Shown here piece by piece: positions 28,749 to 42,981 of a stretch of 64,000 nt of DNA. The stretch covers positions 17,360,001 to 17,424,000 of the forward strand of contig OX597830.1 in the NCBI GenBank assembly GCA_951406725.2, in the 5' to 3' direction. A program made the position numbers and the translations under genes. Position 1 is the first letter of the stretch. Each line of letters starts with the position of its first letter. This stretch comes from Octopus vulgaris. Lineage: Eukaryota. The notes below the pieces were generated by a model. It was not told the DNA's origin. It did not search any database and worked only from the letters and a program-made list of their open reading frames with translations.

Positions 28749-29330
28749 GGTGGCCAGCTGGCAGAATCGTTAGCACGCCGGGCAAAATGCTTAGCAGTAC
28801 TTCGTCTGCCGCTACGTTCTGAGTTCTAATTCCGCCAAAGTCGACTTTGCCTTTTATCCTTTCGGGGTCGATAAATTAAGTACCAGTTACGCACTGGGGT
28901 CGATATAATCGACTTAATTTGTTTGTATGTCCTTGTTTGTCCCCTCTGTGTTTAGCCCCTTGTGGGTAGTAAAGAAATAGGTATTTCGTCTGCCGTTATG
29001 TTCTGAGTTCAAATTCTGCCGAGGTCGACTTTGCCTTTCATATTTTCAGAGTCGATAAATCAAGTACCTGTTACGCACTGGGGTCGATATAATCGACTTA
29101 ATCCGTTTGTCTGTCCTTGTCTGTCCTCTCTGTGTTTAGCCCCTTGTGGGTAGTAAAGAAATAGGTATTTCGTCTGCCGCTATGTTCTGAGTTCGAATTC
29201 CGCCGAGGTCGACTTTGCCTTTCATCCTTTCGGGGTCGATAAATTAAGTACCAGTTGCGTGCTAGAGTCAATCTAATCGACTGGGCCCTTACTCCAAAAT
29301 TTCGGGCCTTGCGCCTAGAATAGAAAAAAT
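28749..29330 (+). mobile_element. Family B SINE head-to-tail trimer, period 184 bp
   Basis: Units start at 28796, 28980 and 29164. Confidence 0.9.
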
Positions 29331-30099
29331 TACATTCCACTGTTTTTCTTCCTCTTCTTTCTTTTTTTCTCTTTCTCTCTCATCGCGATTTTTTTTCTCT
29401 AACTTCTTGCTTTCTTCTTTCTTTTATTATTAGTATTTTATTTAATGCATTTATTGAGAGAAGGAGGCAAGCTGACAGAATCATTACCGCGCCGGACAAA
29501 ATGATTAGCGGCATTTCGTCCGTCTTTATGTTCTGAATTAAAATTCTGCCGAGGCTGACTATACCTTATATACCTTTCGGGCGAAATAAGTACCAGTTAA
29601 GCGCTGGGGTGGATGTAATCGGTTTAACCCCTTTCCAGAAATTGATACCCCTGCTCCAAAATTTGAAACTAATCTATTTACTGAGTGGTACCTCTTCGCT
29701 CTTATTTTTTAATGTTGTGCTTACTTCTATTACATCCTATTTTAATCTCACGTCACTACTTATTCATGACGTAGTCAATCTTATATATTTTTTCTCCCGC
29801 ATCTACAATATATTAAAAAATAAAAAGGCTTTCGATTCACTGAGTGTTTATATAATATTTTCCGTTACAGTCAATTCCCTTGTCATCCAACTGCATACCG
29901 TTATTTTAAAAATAACGTTGCTCAATCAGCTTTGTAATTTATTCATTGAATTGGTTTCCATGAATACTTATATATAACCACAATTTAAAAATTACTTTTA
30001 TAATCTGAATTATCACTGAATTAGGACACTAATTGCGTGCTTTGAAGAGAATGACTTGCTGACTGACACTCGGCATTGTTTTCGACCGGGTAGAAGCTG

Positions 30100-30512
30100 C
30101 CGGACACAGCACTTAAAGCACTAGACCGGGTGTTAAAGCAGCTGCTTAACAACTCAAATGCGGACATAATATGTCTTGACTTTGCAAAACCTTTTGATAA
30201 AGTCGACCATAGAATGATATGTCTCAAGCTGCGTGATCCCAGCATTGTCGGAATACTTGAAAAGTGGCTACATGGCTTTTTAAAAGATAGAAGTCAGGCA
30301 ATCGCGGCCAATGGAGCCACCACCTCTAAGGAAACATGTATAGTGAGTGGTGTTCCTCTTAGGGCCACTGCTATTCATAGTGGTTCTCCCAGACATGTCC
30401 TCAGCTGCTCACATAGAGACCATTGCTAGCTACGCAGACGATACAAAAGTCTCTCAGAGGATACAGGACCCTGGAGATGTTGCGCACCTGCAACAGGAGT
30501 TGGACACAATAT
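30100..30512 (+). mobile_element. CR1/L2-group LINE RT fragment
   Basis: LDFAKPFDKVDH..FLKDRSQ..SGVP/LGPLLF..YADDTKV..LQQELD, frameshifted. Confidence 0.9.
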
Positions 30513-30622
30513 CCAAGTCCTGCGCTACACCTCAAAAGTTTAACAAAAACAACAAATTTTCATAGTGCTTTCACAGTTAATATTATTTGGCTCACGCTTA
30601 GAGAAGTAATATGTAGAGTTAA

Positions 30623-30659
30623 AGTATAACGTTTCGGATATAGTCCTTTGTCATATACT
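30623..30659 (-). ncRNA. Degenerate minimal hammerhead motif
   Basis: agtat-ATGACAA-A-gga ctata tcc-GAAA-cg-TT-atact: helix I 5 bp and helix II intact, core mutated. Confidence 0.45.
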
Positions 30660-30798
30660 ATAGAGAAGCTGAGGGAGAGACACGCAAGAGAGGAAAGGAA
30701 ATGAGGACTATGTATATACATATTTACTTGCATACATGCACAAATACATTTATTCATACAAACATCATACGTGAGTTGTGTAAGTGGCTATCTGTATA

Positions 30799-30852
<54 letters not shown>

Positions 30853-30926
30853 GTATATAAATATATATATAAATACACACACGCACACACACACATATAT
30901 ATATATATAAATGTATATATACATAC

Positions 30927-30983
<57 letters not shown>

Positions 30984-30986
<3 letters not shown>

Positions 30987-31895
30987 CGGAAATATGCCTT
31001 AGTAAAAAAGGAAAAAAATTCTTTCGTGCAAATCTGACCCTGATACATACGATACAGCTAAGGGTCAGACCCGATTCTGATTGGTCAACAAGTTGATGAC
31101 GTCTAGCTCTGCTAGAATGGACAGGATACAAACAGGGGACAGTCATTAGTCAGAATATTGATGACGTCCTTTTCTGCTTGACTAGTTACCTAACAAGTAC
31201 AGACAGGGGGCAGATCTAATGTAGCTATAAGTCGTGATTGGGCAGAATCTGGATGACGTCCCGTTCTGCTTGACTAACGAAGCGACTGGTCAAAACAAGA
31301 AACAAACAAGAGGCAGTTATAATGCAGCGATTGGTCAAAATAATGATGACGTCCCGTTCTGCTTGACTAAAGCCACCTAACGAAACGATTGGTCAAAACG
31401 TTGATGACGTCACGCTACGCTGGATTGACCACCTAACAGGCATTATAAAACCGAGCACTTCACAAAACCCACTAGAACCACCCAGCGAACATCCACCATG
31501 GGTCATCACAATTGCTTAAGGTAAAAATGAATTCCTCGCTCTTTCGGAAACATCAATCTTCTGTATTGACCGCTCTCCACCACTTTGATCTGTTTTTTGT
31601 ATTGAATACGTATCGCCACCGTGGGCCACTGCATCGAACACTTTGAACATATACTTCAAACTATATATCAACTATACATGAACTATATATCAACTATACA
31701 TGAACTCTAAGATGTCTGACTCCGTTGTGTATTATAAATGAATTTCCTGTGTTTGACGGCATTAGCTGTCTTTTTTTATATATAACTTTTTTTGATAAGG
31801 TTCATTTCAGGAACTGAAACATGTTATAATGTATATATAAAAATTAAAAATTGTATTGTATAATACAGCAGCATTTTCGAACTTCATTTTTTACA
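30984..31895 (+). mobile_element. (TA)n-embedded promoter-bearing cassette (Penelope pseudo-LTR or solo LTR)
   Basis: Five ATTGG-N12-TGACGTC modules, TATAAAA at about 31444, and a hammerhead-like motif at 31792-31825. Confidence 0.55.
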
Positions 31896-31915
31896 AATAT
31901 ATATATATATATATA

Positions 31916-32013
<98 letters not shown>

Positions 32014-32171
32014 TATATTAGAAGAAATGAGGTACTCAGAAATTCGGATGATTTTATATTTACAGATATTTATTTGTATATTACATTTTTTATACATCAT
32101 GTAACTTAGATCATATATTAGCGCTTTCTCCCATTCTAATGGGGTTTTCAAGTCGAACTAAGTTCCTGTCC

Positions 32172-32223
<52 letters not shown>

Positions 32224-32284
32224 TATATATATATATATATATTAATAAGTATATATGTGTGTATATATATGTTTATAATATATG

Positions 32285-32335
<51 letters not shown>

Positions 32336-33611
32336 CAAAATAAAAGGTCTTTGAGAAATAGAAACCATTTGCAAGTGGATGGGGGGAAATGTCTTCTTTG
32401 GAGATAACTATCTAAATACAAGACAAACTTATCCTGTCCAAATGTACAATTCCACCTAGACCAGCTTAGTAACACCACACAATTCGACAACGCACATCTT
32501 TTACTTTCCACTTTTTTCTTTCCGCCATCTTGGCGTTTACAATCCCTACCTGATATATGGATAAGGCAAATGAATGCTGTATTCAGAAATAGATGTAATG
32601 ATGTTGAATATCTAGCTTTGTCTTATCCTATTCCTTCCTCTCTATTACACTTCTTCCATTTATTACATCACATACAGTTACCAACTCTCTCCATCTCTCT
32701 TTTGTTCTCCCTGTCACTCTCCTCATTTTCTCCTCTTCCTCTCTCCGTCTGCCTTACCAACACATTCAATATTTCTATTATTATCGCTCGTTCTCTTTTC
32801 GTCTAATGACTCCTTGTTCTCTCTTTCTTATTTCTCCCTCCCCTCTCTCTGACACTATTCATATTTCTCTGTATCTTCCCTTTCTCTAACTCTATCCACA
32901 TTTCTCTATCTTCCTCTCTTTCTCTACTCTTCCGACTACATTTAATCTACAAATCCCTCCCATTCTCTTTTTCTCACTCTCTGTTCCTTTTGTCGAAACA
33001 CCTCCTCTCTCTCCATTTTCGTTATTCTCTTTTCTTCTTTTCTTACTTTCTTTCCTACTCTTTAATTTCCTCTCTTTTCTTTCTGTCTTTAATTCCATCT
33101 CCTCTTTTATTTTTTTTCCGCCCTTTCTGATTCTTTCACCATCCAGTTTCTCTGCTTTCATACTATTCTCTCCACAAATTTACTCTCTCTCCCGCTTTCT
33201 TTGCGTTGCTCTTTTCTCCGACCACACAATCGTTATACACATTAAACAAACACATACATATACACACCAACATTCGCACAAGCAATCATACATACATACA
33301 CAACACCATATATCTACTTCAGCGCTTCACCTACAAAGTTGCACGTAATAGCAAAATTTTTCTATCTCCAAATTTTACTCTGCGTATTCCGCATACCACT
33401 ATCTCTCTTTTACATCCATATTTACCTTTTTTTTTATCCACAGTGACCTCTTTGTACCATTTTAGATATCTCAATAACATTTGATAGGATTTTTATAGCA
33501 TTTCTTGTTCATATATTTTCTACTTATGAAGATTTTTTTTTGAAATTTCGTTTTATTCGCAGAGATGAATTTAGTACGTCGTTGTAATTGAAATTTGAGT
33601 TCGTCGCTGGA

Positions 33612-33688
<77 letters not shown>

Positions 33689-33817
33689 CAAGCTGTTATT
33701 TCATTGGTTGTGTTTTATTGTAAGGAAGAGAATCGACTTGCCCTAGTTTTTACGTCAATGAAGCGAATATAAGGTTGATGGAATGACGTATATAATCTGG
33801 TTTTTACGTGTTTATCT

Positions 33818-33876
<59 letters not shown>

Positions 33877-34381
33877 TATATACATGCTTTCAAATATATA
33901 TAATGGACTCTCCCGTCGTTAGACGACGTGTAAGGGTTCGACAATTTCTAACCGAACAAGATGATTCGTTTATAGTGATCAAATGTTTGTGTAGATATAA
34001 GCTCACTCCTTCCATCAAATCGACATTACCTGTACAGGTGTAACTGTGTGCCACATGTCAGATGTCGAAAGGATCGCAAAGCAACGTCACAATATTTAAG
34101 TCACACTATATGGATTCAAGTAATCCGGCTGTAACCACAAAAAAGCTCATTACTTTATCATTCTACAAAACACAGAATATATATTACGATACAAGAGAAA
34201 CCGGTAGGAGCGTATAAAATCATAAATTACAGAGAAATAGTTTGATAACGTTTTATTTAACAATAAGAAGATTATATCAAGACAAATTGTTTCGTAACTT
34301 AAAAGCATGTAAATGGTTTATATCATTTAATAATTAATAAATTACTTACATTACTGCAGGTATTTAAGTAATTTATAACTT

Positions 34382-34441
<60 letters not shown>

Positions 34442-34497
34442 TAGATAGATAGATATATGTATATATATATATGTATGTATATAGATATATGTATATA

Positions 34498-34654
<157 letters not shown>

Positions 34655-34816
34655 TATATATACTCTGTTTTAGTACTAAAGTGTACTTACTAAAATCAAA
34701 AGCAGAATCTTTTAAAATTTTTAATTTATATTTCCAACAAACGCCATTTTATCATATTACTTCATATTTAAAAAAAGAATACCATTCGATATATTATACA
34801 AAATTCAAATTTTATA

Positions 34817-34904
34817 TCTCTGAAGAGCAGAAGAGTTGTCTATAAATGCTTATCAATATAGGATTTCATTATAGGGACACCACTTCTGCGAAACGATCGT
34901 AAGA
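34817..34904 (+). ncRNA. Type-I hammerhead ribozyme with extended helix II
   Basis: tct-CTGAAGA-gcagaag...cttctgc-GAAA-cgatcg-TA-aga; intact core, palindromic ACGATCGT, GUA triplet (cut after 34901). Confidence 0.8.
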
Positions 34905-35260
34905 CGCTTTAAAAACTTAATTCAAACCTTTAAAACTGTCATATATATTATATATTTATGCCTATACATATTTACATATATTTATATTTTTAATACAACA
35001 ATTATTTTACACACATATACATCTTTCTGAAGAATTTTCTAATATTGATTTCCTGATATAAATAATAATATATTATAAGATATATATATATATATATGAT
35101 TAAAATAACTTCAAAGTTTCGCTAAGTAAAGCTTTTCAAACTGTCCATTTTAAAAGTCACACTAACATCTTTAAAAAATATTCGAAATTACTTTTCCTGC
35201 TGTATTCATTGAAGATTTTTATACATAAATATGCAGATATACACATATACATACACACGC

Positions 35261-35342
<82 letters not shown>

Positions 35343-35390
35343 TACAGTTTGCTGTAATGTTCCGTATATTTATACAAATCTTTTTTTCTG

Positions 35391-35473
35391 CCGCTGACGA
35401 GATTCTGCTTCATAAAAGGATTTAATTATTACAATTATAATCTTTAAAGTATAAATCGAAACAGCTGTTAGAG
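35391..35473 (+). ncRNA. Hammerhead motif with extended helix II, helix I eroded
   Basis: CTGACGA-gatt..tgctt..aaaggatt/aatcttt..aagta..aatc-GAAA-cagctg-TT; palindromic ACAGCTGT. Confidence 0.65.
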
Positions 35474-35539
35474 ATCATGCTTATTTTTGCAGTTAATAAA
35501 TATAGTTATTAATTGATGTATCTCCATTTTCTTGTTTTT

Positions 35540-35574
<35 letters not shown>

Positions 35575-35749
35575 TTTTATTCTTTTATTCTTTTACTTGT
35601 TTCAGTCTGCGGCCATGCTGCAGCACCACCTTTAGTCGAGCAAATCAATCGCCCCCAGGACTTATTCCTTGTATGCCTAGTATTTATTCTATCGATCTCT
35701 TTTGCCAAACCGCTACGTTACGGGGACGTAAACACACCAGCATCGGTTG

Positions 35750-35820
<71 letters not shown>

Positions 35821-35863
35821 TGTGTATATACATATAGTGGATAAACACAAGTAAGAATACTTA

Positions 35864-35961
35864 GTTCCTACGTACGTTTCACCAGTGCAGTTAAATGGAA
35901 CTCGGCATTGGATGTTCCAAGTGCATTTGTATGCCTAACTGCTATGGATCATCAGGGGAAC
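35864..35961 (-). ncRNA. Type-I hammerhead ribozyme with extended helix II
   Basis: gttccc-CTGATGA-t cca ta gcagtta ggcat..atgcc..taactgc ac tgg t-GAAA-cgtacg-TA-ggaac; palindromic ACGTACGT. Confidence 0.78.
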
Positions 35962-36080
35962 ACTTTATAGTATTCTGTTACAGAGATCAAATAAACTACA
36001 TACAATGTGCAGTATACGTCCGGTAGTATCCCCTACATCTGTGTATCTAGACAGCTACTGCTCTATGTGAGTGGGTATAA

Positions 36081-36166
<86 letters not shown>

Positions 36167-36195
36167 GTATATATATATATATATATACATATATG

Positions 36196-36231
<36 letters not shown>

Positions 36232-36297
36232 TACATATATGTATATATATATGTATATATATGTATATATATGTATGGATATATATATATATGTATA

Positions 36298-36328
<31 letters not shown>

Positions 36329-36330
36329 CT

Positions 36331-39300
36331 TAGGGCTATGGCGCTTTCACAACCTAATAACCCTGTTCTGTAATTTGATGAATAATTTTATAGAAGTTAT
36401 GAAACTAACATTTATTTTGCTTTATTTAAAAAAAAGTGTCACCCCCAACTTAAGAAATCGATCACAACTTTTGACCCAAATCATGCAAAAATCTAGCGGG
36501 GTTCATAACGCCTGCTCAAGGTTTTAACAATCTTGGTGTAATAATTCAATGCAATGCAGAAATAGTATATCTGAAATTTCAGCTTTCTAATTGAAGTAGT
36601 TTCGGAGTTATGAGCTTTTAAAACTATAACCACTAGGTGGCAATAGATTCACACTTCAGTATTTCTGTTGCCTAAATCCTTGTAAACGCAAGAGAGATGT
36701 AGAATATAAATGTATTTATACATTTTAAAGATTACTGAATTGAAATTGGTTCATGCAACGGTTCAAAACTAGGCTATTTTAAGACAGAGGCCACTACAAG
36801 CATTCGATAGCATACAAAATTAAAAACAATACATATTTTTAACTTTATAGGTTTAATTCCAATCTTAAATAACTGTATAAGAAAAAGAGTGCTGAATGTT
36901 AGCACATTTTTAAATATAACAAAGAATTGATATGTTTTCTTAGAAAATAAATCGAAGCTGAAGTTTCTCCTTTTTACGAACATCATGAAGATCTTGAAGC
37001 CCATTCTTGATTGCCCATTCTACACTCTGATTGCCCATTCTACACTTGATTGCCCATTCTACACTCTGATTTGTTCTGTGAATTTCCAGTATTATGGTTC
37101 TCGCCTCCAAAAGTTTTTTACAGAGTTTAATGCTTTTTTTTTATGAACTTGCAGGCTCCCATATAACTTCTGATAATCATGTGCATTGAACATTTGGTCA
37201 GTAAACCAAAAATCTGCCCAACTGTAAGAGATGAATCGTCAAACATTGAGAAACAAGAATATTTTCTCTGGTGGAAGAATAAATGCCAAAAGTGCCACAA
37301 GGTTGTCAAGAAAGTTCTAACCTTTAAATGCAGATGCACATATCTCGGTTCAAACAAAACTTTATTAATCGAAATAAACACCATCAGAATCAACACACTT
37401 TTGCCAATGCAAAACAAGTTTATTTATGCCAGTAGCGTAAAAATCCAGCGTTCTGGTGGCGATGAAGTCGCTGAAGGCGTGTTTGGCATCGTCTTGGTTT
37501 TTGAAGCATTTCTCACACAGGAAGTTGTCGAGATGCTTGAAAAAGTAGTAGTCGGTAGGCGAGAGGTCTGGTGAGTATGGCGGATGAGGTAGAGTTTCGT
37601 AGCCCAATTCATTCAACTTCTGCAGGGTCAGTTGTGCGACGTGCATCTGAGTGTTGTCGTGGAGAAGATTTGGTCCTTTTCTGTTGACCAATACTGGCTG
37701 ATGCTGTCGGCCGCAGGCCACTAAACAGTCACCATGACCTTCTTTTGGTGCAACTTTGGCTTCGGAAAGTGCTGTGGAGCTTTGTCGGCGTCCAACCACT
37801 GAGCTGAGCGTCGCCGGTTGTCGTAAAGAATCCACTTTTCATCGCAAGTCACAATCCGTAAAAGAAGGGAAGACACCGCTTCAAAATGTTTTTTTTTTGG
37901 TTGTTGTTCAATACGTGCGGCACCCATTTCTCAAGTATTTTTGTTTTTCCAGTCTTTTTCAAGTGGCTGGAAATTGTCATATACGTTACGTCTAATTCAG
38001 AAGCAAGCTCTCGAACAGTTGTGCGTAGATTAGCTTCGACTAAGGCTCCTAGTTGATCGTTGTCAACATCCGATGGTCGACCACTACGCTTATCATCTTC
38101 AACACTCTCGTCACTCGAAGAAAGTTCCGCAATGATTTTCTTGACAACCTAATAGTATTGCTAGAGAATTCAATCTTGCATTACTTGAGTTGGGTAAATT
38201 TTGAAACTTTACAGTAGGAAATTTTCCGCTTTCCTCAAAGAAACGAAAAACTCTGGTCATTGAAATATAAATTTCATGTTATCTCGCCATCCTGCTGATT
38301 CAGTAATCTTTTCTTCACCATTGTTGAAATTAACCTGGAGTTTTCGAAATTACTTAGGAGCTCTGGGATGAATATTCAATATTGGCAGATGGCTTTTTTT
38401 CTCCAAGTTCGTTATCCATTACGACACAAAGAGCTCTATCAAGGATATGATGCTGACAACCAATATATTGTGGTTCTTTCAAACCCCTGTGAGCAAACCG
38501 TCTTTGCAACTGAATGACAATGCCATTTCTTTTCACAGTGTTCACACTCGTTGTACCAGTGACAATCATCTTTACACAGTTCCATAAATTGTATTCATTT
38601 AAAACAACTTTTATTCCTTTTACAACAGCAGCGGCTTTTTCGTTTGGTAATTGAGTGCTTCTAACTTAACTTCTCTCTGTTTATTCTTTAAAACTAGCAT
38701 TTGGTGTTCTTGGTCTTCAATATGTTTACCATCAAAAGGCAATGATCCCTTTTACGTAATTTTCATTTTTAGTTTAATAACTTCTTTGATAGTCGATCTG
38801 TAAATACCAGATTGGGAAGAAATCTTGACGTTGATTCCATCTCAAGATAATTGTCAACAAACCGTTGCTGCTCTTTAGGTTGACAGCTTCGAAGATATTA
38901 CTAACTTGGCTGCAGTTCCAGTTTTGCTATACTTCCTCCTTGTTTGTGTGGATTCATCATCTGATTTTTCGGACTCTTGATATTCACTTTCAGTCTCTGC
39001 TTCAGACATTGACGATGATACTGGAGTTGCTCTGGTTGAAGTTGGTATTAAGGAATCTTTACTTCTTTCGGATGGATGGATAGTTTTGGAACTGGCTGCC
39101 TTTCTATTTGCATACCCAAACCTTTCTTTCAATTTGAAGATAATATAATCTTCTATCCTCACAGCACAGCCATTCACTGTTTTCCTTTGTGATGTCAAAA
39201 ATTCCTTTCAATGAATCGTATTTTCCTCGTTTTACACATTTATCGTAGGTATTCAGCACTTTTCTACCTTTGCTTGTATATTTTGATTTGATAAATATGG

Positions 39301-39979
39301 TAAATTTAATTTCTTTTGTCATAAAAAGGTTACTTATTTTGAAATTTCCTTTGTTTTTCCCCTTCTTTTGATGGTACCTCCAAGGAACAGGTGGTGACCG
39401 ACAATTTGAAGCTTCATTGGTATCCTGCAGTTGTTTTCCAAAAAATGCTCTTCTAGAGGAACAGGTCTTCTTTTCCTATGTGAGTCTTGAAATTGCACGA
39501 GGTTCTTTGTCCAGATTTTTTTGCTTCTTTGAGTGACACAAGCACTTCTCTTTTGAGACATTATTTTAGATACTCTAGTTGGATAAGCCTACTATTCTGA
39601 AAAACACTTAATAGAGTCAAAGCTTTTAGCATCACAAAAATAAAAAGGAGAGGAAGAGGACATTTTCTAAAGTAGAGCCTAAGTGGTAACAAATTACAAA
39701 CTCTATAACTCCTAAACTGCTTAAACTTGAAAGCTGAAATTTGAGAAATATTGCTTCTGCATTGCATTAAGTCAGCACACAAAGTTTGATAAAAACCTGA
39801 GTAGGCATTATGTACCCCACTAGAATTTTGCATGATTTGGGTCAAAATTGGTATTAGATTTCTTCAGTTAGGGATTAGGTTTTTTTAAAAAACTTAAAAT
39901 AAGTTTACTTATAAGAAATTGTTGATCGACTTTTGATACAAGAAATTGCTTACTTCCAAAAGATCAAAAAGTCATAACC

Positions 39980-39982
<3 letters not shown>
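36331..39982 (-). mobile_element. hAT (hATm-like) DNA transposon with decayed transposase
   Basis: TAGGG...CCCTA termini; subterminal inverted repeats (about 36470-36637 vs 39679-39847); TSD-like atatatct/atatatat. Relic motifs FDGKH, TTSVNT..NGI and YIGCQHHILD (CxxH). Confidence 0.8.
37298..38152 (-). mobile_element. Mariner element (deleted) nested in the hAT
   Basis: TIR aggttgtcaagaaa at both ends; [17 protein letters not shown] and HPPYSPDLSPTDY (DD34D) motifs. Confidence 0.9.
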
Positions 39983-40044
<62 letters not shown>

Positions 40045-40294
40045 CATACAACCATGTACATATAATATCGATTTCAAATTTTGGCACAAGGCCTGCAGTT
40101 TCAGGGGGTTTGGATAAGTCGATTACATTGACCTCTAGTGCACAACTGGTACGTATTACATCGATCACCGGAAGGATGAAAAGCTAAGTCGACCTCGACG
40201 GAATTTGCACTCAGAACGTAAAGACGGACGAAATGCTACAAAGTATTTCCCGATGTGCTAACGTTTCTGCCTGCTCGCTGCCTTAAGTATGCAA

Positions 40295-40373
<79 letters not shown>

Positions 40374-41207
40374 TATAATAATAATAATAATGATAATAAT
40401 ATATATATATATATAGTAATAAGATATTTTCGTAAATTTAATGTTTATTGGAAACGCATCCTATATTTTCTTCTTTACTTATTCTCCATTACGAATTTTA
40501 TGTTGCTATATCATACATGCCTTCTATCCCCCGTTCTTATAAGTTCACACCGTTTCTGTAGCCCTATATCTCCTTCATTTCTTCCCTAATTTCACCTCTA
40601 TTTTTCTCTTTCCCTACTTCTAAATCTTTCTCTCTCTTCTCTCTCCACTCTATCTCTCCTAATCTTTTGCTCTATCACTCTCCTTAACATAGCTTTACGT
40701 CCTTTTTTTCACAGCTTTCCACTAACAACACAGGAAGTTTCTATCTGATAATGAGGTTTGCCACCGGAAATTATTATCGATTCTCCATTGCGAAAATGGA
40801 AGCAATATCTCGTGAAGATGGATGATTGACACCGTTTTTTTTTTTTTTACTTTCTTAGCAACAAACGACTGTCCACTTCGAAGGAGCAGATATGTTGTTC
40901 AAGATTGAAACCGTGATTAGAACATTCAGTGCCATTGCGATTACAGTTAATATGGACAAATGGCGACGCTGTCAGTTGTGTTGATGGTGGTATTGATGGT
41001 GGTATTAATGCTGATGATGGTTCTGATGGTGATAATTGCAGAGGTGATGCTGTGGACGGTCGTAGTGTTGCTCGATATCCAACTCGTATGACAGTTTAGA
41101 CGTTGGAGGAAATGCATACATGTTAATATTGCAACACTGTTGCTATCCTCGCCTCGTTATCATCGTTGTCATTGCGGTGTCCCCCATCCTCATATATACA
41201 TATGTGT

Positions 41208-41274
<67 letters not shown>

Positions 41275-41297
41275 CGTATATATGTATGTATGTATGC

Positions 41298-41334
<37 letters not shown>

Positions 41335-41340
<6 letters not shown>

Positions 41341-41612
41341 CATACGCATGTATATATATATATGTATATATATGGATATATAGCTGTATGCGTAAATATA
41401 TACACATGTTTTTCAGTTCTATTTTCCTGTTTATGCCATAAAAACTTTAGACATTCAAACATACATACATGCACACGTACATACTTACACACACACACAC
41501 ACACACACTCCTGTGTAAGAATAGAAATTCACGCATACACATAATATACATCCATTTATCATTCTTTACATATACATATACACAATATATATATACATGT
41601 TATATATACATG

Positions 41613-41663
<51 letters not shown>

Positions 41664-41804
41664 CATACGCATGTATATATATATGTATATATATGGATAT
41701 ATATCTGTATGCGTAAATAATACACATGTTTTTCAGTTCTATTTTCCTGTTTATGCCATAAAAACTATAGACATTCAAACATACATACATGCACACGTAC
41801 ATAC

Positions 41805-41844
<40 letters not shown>

Positions 41845-41990
41845 CTGTGTAAGAATAGAAATTCACGCATACACATAATATACATCCATTTATCATTCTT
41901 TACATACACATATACACAATATTTATAAATATATATATATATATATATATACATGTTATATATACATGTTATATATATATATATATATGC
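41335..41990. repeat. Tandem duplication of an approximately 323-bp microsatellite-rich unit
   Basis: Units start at about 41335 and 41658 (taattacatacgcatg...tttcagttctattttcctgtttatgccataaaaac). Confidence 0.9.
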
Positions 41991-41993
41991 ATG

Positions 41994-42035
<42 letters not shown>

Positions 42036-42981
42036 ATGAATGTGTGTGTGCATACATATATGTATTTATATTTATATATATTTGTATGTATATATCAATA
42101 CATATTCATATATGTATGTGTTTACATGTATATATATTTGTATATATATATATAGTTACGCTGTTGGTTTTCTGAGAAGCGATAAATAATAGAACTCGAT
42201 ACGTCAATGTAGAGTGTTTTTTTTTTTTGCTATGTTATAACGTGTCATATAAAACTGTTTACAAACATGTACAGATGTACACATGCACACATACACATAC
42301 ACACAAAAGACATACACACATAAACACATATAGTACATGCACGCATACACAGTCATATATGATACACAGTTTCTTTCTCGCACACATAGACACACACCTA
42401 CATATGAAAGAGTCGTTGGGAAAACGTAATATATACACATATTAAAACAACTTAGAAATTCGATACATGATCAAATATGGGCTCGCCACTCCTCCTAAGG
42501 AGTGAAAAACCGCCAACTAATTAGGATCAAGGTGTTTCATATCTCAGACCACCTTCTGCTCCGATCACCTTTTGCAAACGAGATGGTGCGAAATTGCCTG
42601 TGATTATCCGTGGTTTTAGCTGAGTCTTTGATGAGTACGACATCCTCCGGAGGAATGCTCCCTTAGTTCCTTTAGCCGTCGATGGATAGATTGTTAGTAT
42701 GTGGCTTTCACCAATAGCCGATCATTCAATTATTCAATTCATATCTCTTTCACAATCAACTCTATATTTTTTTTCTGCCATTTTTAGATTAATCACCATT
42801 TCCACAAGTCTGTTGATGCTATCTCAGATAACGATAAGAGTTTATGAGTTTTCATGTGCTCCATGCTGCTGAGCAACAATTAGTGGAAGCACGCAACATC
42901 TTCCATGTCTGTAGCTTGGAATCATTCTTTTTCACCAGTTCTCTTTTATTTTTCCTTTTGTTTACTGTCTCCAGCGGCTCT

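Noticed and set aside
31078-31420. Repeat-spacer pattern resembling a CRISPR array (also 51187-51400)
   Set aside because: Eukaryotic context, degenerate repeats, irregular and mutually related spacers, no cas genes.
40859-40984. Acceptor-like site followed by a short open frame
   Set aside because: No recognisable protein and no partner exons.
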